A stretch of 64,000 nucleotides of DNA from an uncultured Candidatus Saccharibacteria bacterium (GTDB lineage Bacteria > Patescibacteriota > Minisyncoccia > Phycocordibacterales > UBA9973), in contig CAYOLW010000001.1 of the NCBI GenBank assembly GCA_964404925.1, positions 105,408 through 169,407 of the forward strand, in the 5' to 3' direction. A program made the position numbers and the translations under genes. The number at the start of each line of letters is the position of its first letter. Within the stretch, counting starts at the first letter, position 1. This document shows positions 28,791-35,984 of this stretch, piece by piece. The notes under the pieces are model-generated. The model searched no databases and was not told the DNA's origin. It worked only from the letters and a program-made list of their open reading frames with translations.

Positions 28791-29351
28791 ATGGCATACA
28801 AAACTGTAAAAGAAAAAGAACAAATGGCGTACGAAGTGTTGAAAGGCACTTTTGGCTACAAGAACAAAATGGCAGCACCTCGATTGTCCAAGGTTGTTGT
28901 AAACGTTGGTACTGGTACCTACATGAAAAAGGACAAGAATAAGAATACCGACATCGCAGCTCGCTTGGCCAAAATAACCGGACAAAAGCCAGCTTTGCGT
29001 GGAGCCAAGAAATCTATTGCTACCTTCAAAATTCGCCAGGGTGACCCTGTAGGTATAACTATTACTCTACGTGGTTCTCGCATGTATGGATTCTTGGAGA
29101 AGCTTTTCAATGTGGCATTACCTCGAACTAAAGACTTCCGTGGAGTGAACAAATCAGGAGTTGATAATATTGGTAATTTCACAATGGGTATCAAAGAACA
29201 CACAATTTTCCCAGAAACTGCTGATGAAGATATCAAAGACGTTTTCGGTCTTGCTATCACTATTGTATCTACCGCTAAAAATAAAAAAGAAGCTACAAAT
29301 TTCTTTGAACTCCTTGGTGTTCCGTTTAAAAAAGAAGAAGGAAAGAGATAG
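28791..29351 (+). CDS. rplE: 50S ribosomal protein L5
   Basis: Assigned by operon position and an L5-like core (...PRLSKVVVNVG..., FNVALPRTKDFRG). Confidence 0.93.
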   Translation: MAYKTVKEKEQMAYEVLKGTFGYKNKMAAPRLSKVVVNVGTGTYMKKDKNKNTDIAARLAKITGQKPALRGAKKSIATFKIRQGDPVGITITLRGSRMYGFLEKLFNVALPRTKDFRGVNKSGVDNIGNFTMGIKEHTIFPETADEDIKDVFGLAITIVSTAKNKKEATNFFELLGVPFKKEEGKR

Positions 29352-29357
29352 TTTTAT

Positions 29358-29408
29358 CCGCACACTTATTTTACTGAGACTCTCGGTGTTAGTAAAATAA
29401 GTGTGCGG
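29358..29408 (+). other. Strong 16-bp stem-loop between rplE and rpsN (ccgcacacttatttta...taaaataagtgtgcgg). It has no T-run, so it may be an RNA stability, processing or protein-binding element.
   Basis: A perfect inverted repeat with a 19-nt loop, seen directly in the sequence. Confidence 0.5.
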
Positions 29409-29409
29409 A

Positions 29410-29438
29410 TTGACATTATAAAAGTTTTTAGTTAGTAT
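29410..29438 (+). promoter_or_regulatory. Sigma70-like promoter for rpsN-rpsH-... (TTGACA -17- TAGTAT)
   Basis: TTGACATTATAAAAGTTTTTAGTTAGTATGG has the same TTGACATT...TAGTAT architecture as the rpsS promoter. Confidence 0.5.
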
Positions 29439-29557
29439 GGGGCGCAGGGTAGGAGGTTTGGATTGAATCCGCTTTTCTCCTTAAGTCTTTATAGATTTAA
29501 GAAAAGAAGCGAGATATTCCCAAGCAAAGTACCCAGATTATTTTTTAATATTTATTT

Positions 29558-29743
29558 ATGGCAAAAACATCAGTCATAGCACGATCACAAAAGAAACCGA
29601 AATTTAGTACACGAGCTAAGAATCGTTGTTTTCGTTGCGGACGCGGTAAGGCATTTATGAGAGATTTCGATTTGTGTCGTATCTGTTTCCGTGAATTAGC
29701 CAATGAAGGCAATTTGCCTGGCGTTAGGAAGTCAAGTTGGTAA
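29558..29743 (+). CDS. rpsN: 30S ribosomal protein S14, type Z (zinc-binding, 61 aa)
   Basis: CFRCGR...CRICFRE are the four Cys of the zinc ribbon. Confidence 0.93.
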   Translation: MAKTSVIARSQKKPKFSTRAKNRCFRCGRGKAFMRDFDLCRICFRELANEGNLPGVRKSSW

Positions 29744-29768
29744 ATCTACTATTCAATAGAAAAAACAT

Positions 29769-30158
29769 ATGGATCAAATAGCAAACATGATAATAGCCAT
29801 CAAGAATGCCAGCCTAAGAGGCAAGACTGATGTTTCTGTACCTTACTCAAAACTGAAGGAGGCAATAGCTGCTTGCTTGGTGAAAGAAGGTTACTTAACT
29901 TCTGCAACTAAAAAAGTAAAGAAAGGCAAGAACGAATTGGAATTAGGTTTAGTTTATTCTGAAGCTGGTAAGCCAAAAGTAGCCAACGTAGAACGTATTT
30001 CCAAGCAGTCACGACGAGTTTATTTCGGTACAAAAGACATTAACAAGGTTCGTGGTGGCACAGGTCTTTTGGTTCTTTCAACACCAAAAGGTATCCTAAG
30101 TGGCGCCAACGCACGTCGCGAACAAGTTGGTGGAGAAGCATTATTCAAAATTTGGTAA
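29769..30158 (+). CDS. rpsH: 30S ribosomal protein S8
   Basis: MDQIANMIIAIKNA and the C-terminus LSTPKGILSG...GGE.L match S8. Confidence 0.95.
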   Translation: MDQIANMIIAIKNASLRGKTDVSVPYSKLKEAIAACLVKEGYLTSATKKVKKGKNELELGLVYSEAGKPKVANVERISKQSRRVYFGTKDINKVRGGTGLLVLSTPKGILSGANARREQVGGEALFKIW

Positions 30159-30164
30159 AATATC

Positions 30165-30698
30165 ATGTCAAGAATAGGAAAAAAAGAAATTTTAATACCA
30201 AAGACAGTCAAGATCACTTTTGATTCTGGCGTTATGACTGTAACCGGTTCAAAAGGTGCAGTGAAGAAAATCTTCCGAGATGATATTGCTATCACTATGG
30301 ACGGAGACAAGGTGGTTTTAACTCCAAAGCGTAACGATAAATTTTCAAAAGCTTTGTGGGGTACTTACGCTTCTCATATCATGAATATGATCACTGGCGT
30401 AGAAACACCATATCAAAAGAAATTAATTTTAGAAGGTGTCGGATTTAAATCAGAAGTAAAAGGCAAGGACTTGAATCTAGCTTTAGGTTTCTCTCACCCT
30501 GTTATAGTTGCTATCCCAGAAGGACTTACTGTTACAGCTGAAAAGAACTTGATAACTGTTACTGGTATCGACAAAGAATTAGTTGGTTCATTTACTGCTG
30601 CACTCAGAGCTCGCAAGAAGCCAGAACCATATAAGGGTAAAGGTTTCCGTTACGATGATGAGGTTATTCGTCGCAAGCAGGGTAAGAAAACTGCATAA
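30165..30698 (+). CDS. rplF: 50S ribosomal protein L6
   Basis: MSRIGKK.I.IP..V and the two-domain L6 architecture. Confidence 0.95.
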   Translation: MSRIGKKEILIPKTVKITFDSGVMTVTGSKGAVKKIFRDDIAITMDGDKVVLTPKRNDKFSKALWGTYASHIMNMITGVETPYQKKLILEGVGFKSEVKGKDLNLALGFSHPVIVAIPEGLTVTAEKNLITVTGIDKELVGSFTAALRARKKPEPYKGKGFRYDDEVIRRKQGKKTA

Positions 30699-30708
30699 TT
30701 AAAAAGCC

Positions 30709-31050
30709 ATGCAAAACAAACAAGATAAAAGAATAAGACTAAAGAAAAAAATTCGATCTAAGATTAATGTATCTGGACTCCGATTACGTCTTTCAGTTTT
30801 CCGATCAAACAAATTTATTTATGCACAGATTATTGATGACCAAAAGGGTGTTACTTTGGTTTCTGCAAATGACGTAAAGGCAAGTACTGGTACTAAACTA
30901 GAAAGAGCCAAAATGGTAGGCAAGACTATAGCTGAAGCTGCTTTAGCAAAAAAGATAAACGAAGTTGTTTTTGATCGTAATGGTTTTAAATACACAGGCC
31001 GAGTAAAATTAGTAGCCGAAGCAGCTCGCGAGGCAGGATTAAAATTTTAA
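30709..31050 (+). CDS. rplR: 50S ribosomal protein L18
   Basis: LRLSVFRSNKFIYAQIIDD matches L18. Confidence 0.93.
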   Translation: MQNKQDKRIRLKKKIRSKINVSGLRLRLSVFRSNKFIYAQIIDDQKGVTLVSANDVKASTGTKLERAKMVGKTIAEAALAKKINEVVFDRNGFKYTGRVKLVAEAAREAGLKF

Positions 31051-31059
31051 TAAGAAATT

Positions 31060-31614
31060 ATGGATAAAAGAGAAGGAAAAAAAAATAATCACAAATCATC
31101 CTTTGCTAGACCAAAGCCTGAGTTCGATCAGAAGATTGTAAGTATCAGACGTGTAACTCGTGTTGTGGCTGGTGGACGACGTTTCTCATTTTCAGTTGCA
31201 CTAGTTGCAGGGGACAGGAAAGGTGCTGTGGGCTTGGGCTTGGGTAAAGCAGGTGATACTTCTCTGGCTATTAACAAAGCTTTAAGAGACGCTAAGAAAA
31301 GAATGGTTAAACTTAGCTTGAACAAGAACCAATCTATTCCTCACCAAGTTTTTGCTAAATTCGGAAGTTCTAAGGTTATGATTATGCCGAATAAAGGTAA
31401 AGGTTTAGTGGCTGGTACTGTTGTTCGCGACATTTTGAAGTTAGCTGGTGTAAAAGATGCAACTGCTAAAGTTCTCGGCGGAACCAAGAATCGACTAAAC
31501 AACTCTAAGGCAGTTATGGCAGCTTTGTCTGAAATATCCAGTCCCTACCAAAAAGTTACCAAATTACCTGAGGATAGTATTAAAACACTAGCTCAGAGTG
31601 AAGCAAATAATTAA
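31060..31614 (+). CDS. rpsE: 30S ribosomal protein S5
   Basis: IRRVTRVVAGGRRFSFSVALVAGD..G.VG.G.GKA matches S5. Confidence 0.95.
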   Translation: MDKREGKKNNHKSSFARPKPEFDQKIVSIRRVTRVVAGGRRFSFSVALVAGDRKGAVGLGLGKAGDTSLAINKALRDAKKRMVKLSLNKNQSIPHQVFAKFGSSKVMIMPNKGKGLVAGTVVRDILKLAGVKDATAKVLGGTKNRLNNSKAVMAALSEISSPYQKVTKLPEDSIKTLAQSEANN

Positions 31615-31626
31615 TTTTGAAGTGTC

Positions 31627-31932
31627 ATGCAAATCAATACATTAAAACGAGTACATAAGAACAGAAAAGACCGAGTAATCGGTCGTGGTGGTAAACACGC
31701 TAAAACATCTGGACGTGGAGGTAAAGGTCAGACTGCTCGTGCTGGTAACAAGAGACGACCAGAGTTACGTGATATAATTAAGAAGCTGCCAAAGCTTCGA
31801 GGTTATGCTTTTAATTCTCGAATTAAAGCCGTAGAAATAAAAGAAAAAGACCTAGCTAAAAAAGACGAAAAATTCAGCGAGATTCGCAAGCGAACAGGCA
31901 TGAAGGGTGGCAAGATTGTTATCAGGAAGTAA
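31627..31932 (+). CDS. rplO: 50S ribosomal protein L15, short form of 101 aa. There is no L30 gene between rpsE and rplO.
   Basis: It has the Gly/Arg-rich N-terminus (GRGGKHAKTSGRGGKGQTARAG) of L15, but the C-terminal half is truncated. The gap to rpsE is 12 nt. Confidence 0.85.
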   Translation: MQINTLKRVHKNRKDRVIGRGGKHAKTSGRGGKGQTARAGNKRRPELRDIIKKLPKLRGYAFNSRIKAVEIKEKDLAKKDEKFSEIRKRTGMKGGKIVIRK

Positions 31933-33204
31933 ATGCAAAATTTTTGGAATAAAATTAAATTAGTTTGGGTTGATAAGGGTCTACGATCTAGGGTTTTTGC
32001 TGTGTTAGGTTTTTTAATTATATTCCGTTTATTAGCAGCTATTCCAATTCCAGGAGTAGACACAGCTGCCTTAAATAGATTTTTGAACAATAACCAGTTT
32101 TTCGGAATATTAAACCTTTTCTCTGGTGGTGGATTATCTAACCTTTCAATAATTATGCTTGGTGTTGGTCCATATATTACTGGATCTATCATTATGCAGC
32201 TTCTCACTATTATGGTTCCTTCGCTAAAGCGTATGTACCAAGAAGAAGGCGAACTAGGACGCCGGAAGTTTACTCAATATTCAAGGCTTCTTACTGTGCC
32301 GCTAGCTATTATTCAGGGTTACAGTCTACTCACTGTATTGGGTTCACAAGGTATTTTAGTAGACCTGACTGCTTTCGAAAAAATAGTTAACCTGATTATC
32401 GTTGTTGCTGGTTCTATTCTAATAATGTGGATTGGAGAATTGATGTCAGAGTTCGGTATCGGTAATGGTCTATCTATGATAATCTTTGCAGGTATTGTTT
32501 CTCAAATCCCTACAGAGATCGGTCAATTAGTTTATACTTTTGATGTTTCCCAGATCCCACTATACATTGCCTTTGCTGTTGTCGGTATATTGGTTGTAGC
32601 TGGAGTGGTTGTGGTTACTGAGGCTGAACGACCTATACCAGTCACATACGCTAAAAGAGTTCGTGGTAATAAAGTTTATGGAGGAGGTTCTACCTATCTA
32701 CCACTACGTGTAAACCAGGCTGGAGTTATACCAATTATTTTCGCACTTTCAATATTACTGTTCCCAACCATGATTGGTAATGCATTGTCTGGGGCAACCA
32801 ATCCATTTGTTGCTAAAGTCGCTACTGCATTAGCTAACTTCTCACAAACATCAGTACTTTATGGTGTACTATACTTCGTGCTAGTTTTCTTGTTTACATA
32901 TTTTTATACTGCTGTTACCTTTGATCCACACGCATTGGCTGAGAACCTACAGAAAAATGGTGCATTTATTCCAGGTATCAGACCAGGTGTTTCAACTGAA
33001 ACTTATATTTCAAAAGTGCTAGGACGTATTACTCTACTCGGTGCACTCTTCCTCGGATTTATCGCTGTTTTACCTATAATTATGCAGAGTATCACTGGTA
33101 TTACAGCTTTAGCACTTGGTGGTACAGCTTTACTTATCGTCGTGTCTGTATTACTTGATTTGATTAAAAAGGTTGATGCTCAGGTATCAATGCGAGAATA
33201 CTAA
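31933..33204 (+). CDS. secY: Preprotein translocase subunit SecY
   Basis: A 423-aa protein with 10 TM helices. It follows rplO directly, as in the spc operon. Confidence 0.95.
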   Translation: MQNFWNKIKLVWVDKGLRSRVFAVLGFLIIFRLLAAIPIPGVDTAALNRFLNNNQFFGILNLFSGGGLSNLSIIMLGVGPYITGSIIMQLLTIMVPSLKRMYQEEGELGRRKFTQYSRLLTVPLAIIQGYSLLTVLGSQGILVDLTAFEKIVNLIIVVAGSILIMWIGELMSEFGIGNGLSMIIFAGIVSQIPTEIGQLVYTFDVSQIPLYIAFAVVGILVVAGVVVVTEAERPIPVTYAKRVRGNKVYGGGSTYLPLRVNQAGVIPIIFALSILLFPTMIGNALSGATNPFVAKVATALANFSQTSVLYGVLYFVLVFLFTYFYTAVTFDPHALAENLQKNGAFIPGIRPGVSTETYISKVLGRITLLGALFLGFIAVLPIIMQSITGITALALGGTALLIVVSVLLDLIKKVDAQVSMREY

Positions 33205-33216
33205 AAGAATTTAAAA

Positions 33217-33247
33217 CAAAAACCCCGACATAATGTCGGGGTTTTTG
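33217..33247. terminator. Bidirectional intrinsic terminator between secY (+) and cmk (-) (aaaaaccccgacataatgtcggggttttt)
   Basis: A perfect hairpin flanked by an A-run and a T-run. Confidence 0.7.
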
Positions 33248-33248
33248 T

Positions 33249-33827
33249 TTAGTTCTTAAGCCAATTTTTGTATTCAGTTAGTATTTTTTCTGCGGTTTGT
33301 TCGATACTGTTAGCGTGAGTATCTATAACTAAATTATAGTTCTGTAAGTCTGTATTATTGATTTGATATAAATCCCAGTAACGTTTTTGCTCACTTTCAA
33401 ATCTCTTGACCATATTTGCATAAACTTCTTCTGAGGTGCCGCTTTGTTCACTTTTTTTACGCATCTCGTCTTCAGATAAACTTCGGATAATTCTCTCCTT
33501 GGCAATTTCTCGGGGTAGGGTAAGGTATACCTTAAAAGACTCTGGTATCCAATGGTAAGCAGTACGTGAGTCTATGACCACATCATGCGCATTTCGCATG
33601 CCACGAAGCTTGTCATCGGTCATAACATCTATTTGGGGGTCTGTTTCGGCTCGAATGTTTAGTTCGGTTACAGTGATACCCAAATCCATACCTACTTGTC
33701 TAAAAAAATCTCCAGATGAGAAGTGTTGATAGCCAAGTTCTTTAGCTATTCTTTTGGCAGTAGTAGACTTTCCGCTACCGAGCCACCCATTAATAGTTAT
33801 TATTGTCTTCTTGTTTTGCTGCTCCAT
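33249..33827 (-). CDS. cmk: Archaeal-type cytidylate (CMP) kinase
   Basis: TINGWLGSGKST (P-loop), then SSGDFFR and a short (192 aa) architecture that resembles the archaeal/short CMK family rather than bacterial Cmk. Confidence 0.65.
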   Translation of the reverse strand: MEQQNKKTIITINGWLGSGKSTTAKRIAKELGYQHFSSGDFFRQVGMDLGITVTELNIRAETDPQIDVMTDDKLRGMRNAHDVVIDSRTAYHWIPESFKVYLTLPREIAKERIIRSLSEDEMRKKSEQSGTSEEVYANMVKRFESEQKRYWDLYQINNTDLQNYNLVIDTHANSIEQTAEKILTEYKNWLKN

Positions 33828-33899
33828 GCCACATTAAAGCATATTTGGCTTAAAAAATAAAATTTGATTTTATGGCCTTTTTGCTGTAATGTAGGAATC

Positions 33900-34490
33900 A
33901 TGAGTCAGCCTAAAACATATGTATTTTTTGGCATTATTGGTTCCGGCAAAGGAACTCAAATAGACCTCCTTAAAAAGTTTTTTAAAGATAAATATAATCA
34001 AGAAAACGTATATGCGTACCCCGGGGCAATGTATCGCAAACTAGTTGGGGAGGGTAATCACTTCGGAAATCTTGTTAAAGCTTCTTTGGATCGTGGTGAA
34101 TTACAACCTGATTTACTAACCACTTCACTGGTGGTAAATGTTTTAATAAATTCTTATACCCCGGAGAAGGTGTTGTTTTTTGACGGATATCCAAGAACCA
34201 TAGAACAATCGAAGAGTTTTGAAACATTGTTAGATATTTTAAAAATTACAGAAGTCGAAATTATTTATATTGAATTGAGTAAGGAAGAAGCCATGCGTAG
34301 GAATCTGGCTCGAGGAAGAACCGACGATACAATTGATGCAATAAATAAACGTTTTGACGAGTATATAAACAATGTCGTTCCAGCAATGAAATATTTTGAG
34401 AATATGTCGAACTATTCTATTCATAAAATAAATGGTGAACAAAGCATTGAAGCAGTCCATGCGGATATTATTAAATCTCTAAATATCTAA
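33900..34490 (+). CDS. adk: Adenylate kinase
   Basis: GIIGSGKGTQ (P-loop), FDGYPRT and an AK-like LID/NMP layout. The start is the ATG at 33900. Confidence 0.8.
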   Translation: MSQPKTYVFFGIIGSGKGTQIDLLKKFFKDKYNQENVYAYPGAMYRKLVGEGNHFGNLVKASLDRGELQPDLLTTSLVVNVLINSYTPEKVLFFDGYPRTIEQSKSFETLLDILKITEVEIIYIELSKEEAMRRNLARGRTDDTIDAINKRFDEYINNVVPAMKYFENMSNYSIHKINGEQSIEAVHADIIKSLNI

Positions 34491-34491
34491 T

Positions 34492-35181
34492 ATGGAAGAA
34501 GAAAGAATTGTTATTTCATTAGGAGGGTCGCTCATCGTGCCAGAAAACATAGACTCTGATTTCGTTAAGAAATTTAAAGAAACAATTCTTTCTCACGTTA
34601 AGGAGGGAAAAAAATTCGTTATTATAACTGGTGGTGGCAGGACTAGTCGTAAATACACAGATGCCCTTTCTGTTATTATGCAAGATGTAACTACTAAGCA
34701 ATTAGATTGGTTGGGTATTTATGCGACTAGATTAAATGCACATATGTTGCAGATGGCTATAGGTGAGGATTTTGCCAAAAGGGAAATAATAGAAAATTTA
34801 GACGAAGATATAGATTTTTCTACGCCAATTCGTATTGGTGGTGGTACAAAACCAGGACACAGTTCCGATGGTGCAGCGGTTGAAATAGCTAAAAAGATTG
34901 GTGCAAAGAAAATAATAAACTTATCAAACATAGATCATGTTTATGATTCTGACCCACGCAAAAACAGCAATGCTAAAAAGTTTGAAAAAATTTCTTGGAG
35001 TCAATATTTGGATTTAATTCCAAAAGAATGGACTCCTGGTCTATCAACCCCATTTGACCCAATCGCTTCCAAAGAAGCACAGGAGTCTGGTATACAGGTC
35101 ATAATAATGAATGGTAAACCCACAAGTAATCTAGATACTTATTTATCTGGCGGTGAATTAGATGGTACTTTAATTGGTTAA
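34492..35181 (+). CDS. pyrH: Uridylate (UMP) kinase, archaeal-like short form (amino-acid kinase fold)
   Basis: VISLGGSL, ITGGG and IGGGTKPGHSSD are carbamate/UMP kinase family motifs in a 229-aa protein. Confidence 0.75.
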   Translation: MEEERIVISLGGSLIVPENIDSDFVKKFKETILSHVKEGKKFVIITGGGRTSRKYTDALSVIMQDVTTKQLDWLGIYATRLNAHMLQMAIGEDFAKREIIENLDEDIDFSTPIRIGGGTKPGHSSDGAAVEIAKKIGAKKIINLSNIDHVYDSDPRKNSNAKKFEKISWSQYLDLIPKEWTPGLSTPFDPIASKEAQESGIQVIIMNGKPTSNLDTYLSGGELDGTLIG

Positions 35182-35182
35182 T

Positions 35183-35953
35183 ATGGCAATAATTATAAAA
35201 ACTAAAAAAGAAATAGAGAATTTACGCGTTGCGGGAAAGCATTTAGCCCAAGTATTGCAAAAAGTAAAAGCAAAAGTGGCACCTGGTGTATCAACTTTAG
35301 AACTTGACCAATATGCTGAAAAACTAATTCGTGAACTTGGTGATACTCCAGCTTTTTTAAATTATCGACCAGTCGGAGCGCGGACTCCTTTTCCAGCAAC
35401 ACTTTGTGTATCAATTAATGATGAAGTTGTACATGGTATCCCAAAAGCAAATAGAATACTAAAAGAAGGAGATATTATTTCTATCGATCTTGGGCTTAAA
35501 CACGAAGGAGTATTTACCGACCATGCGATGACTGTACCAGTAGGGAAGATAGATTCTGTGTCAAAAAAACTACTTGAAATTACGGAGAAAGCTTTAGAAG
35601 TAGGTATCGCTGCAGCTCAGTCGGGTTTCCATACAGGTGATATTGGTGCAGCTATTGAACAGTTTGTAAAAGTACACAAATACGGCATAGTTGATATTTT
35701 AGCGGGACACGGGGTAGGTAGATATATTCATGAAGATCCATATATTCCAAATTTTGGTAAACCAAGTACCGGAGCAAAGCTTGTGCCGGGTATGGTAATA
35801 GCCATAGAACCGATGCTTAACATCGGAACTAAGAATGTTTTCCTGGAAAAAGATGATTGGACTTTTAAAACAGCTGATGGTAAACGCAGTGCTCATTTTG
35901 AACACACTGTTTTGATAACCGAAGAAGGTCCAGAGATTTTAACTCTACCGTAA
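35183..35953 (+). CDS. map: Type I methionine aminopeptidase
   Basis: MAIIIKTKKEIENLRVAG..., and the metal ligands D...D...H...E...E (pita-bread fold) across 257 aa. Confidence 0.9.
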   Translation: MAIIIKTKKEIENLRVAGKHLAQVLQKVKAKVAPGVSTLELDQYAEKLIRELGDTPAFLNYRPVGARTPFPATLCVSINDEVVHGIPKANRILKEGDIISIDLGLKHEGVFTDHAMTVPVGKIDSVSKKLLEITEKALEVGIAAAQSGFHTGDIGAAIEQFVKVHKYGIVDILAGHGVGRYIHEDPYIPNFGKPSTGAKLVPGMVIAIEPMLNIGTKNVFLEKDDWTFKTADGKRSAHFEHTVLITEEGPEILTLP

Positions 35954-35984
35954 ACTATAAAATTTTGATGTATAATATAGAGTA

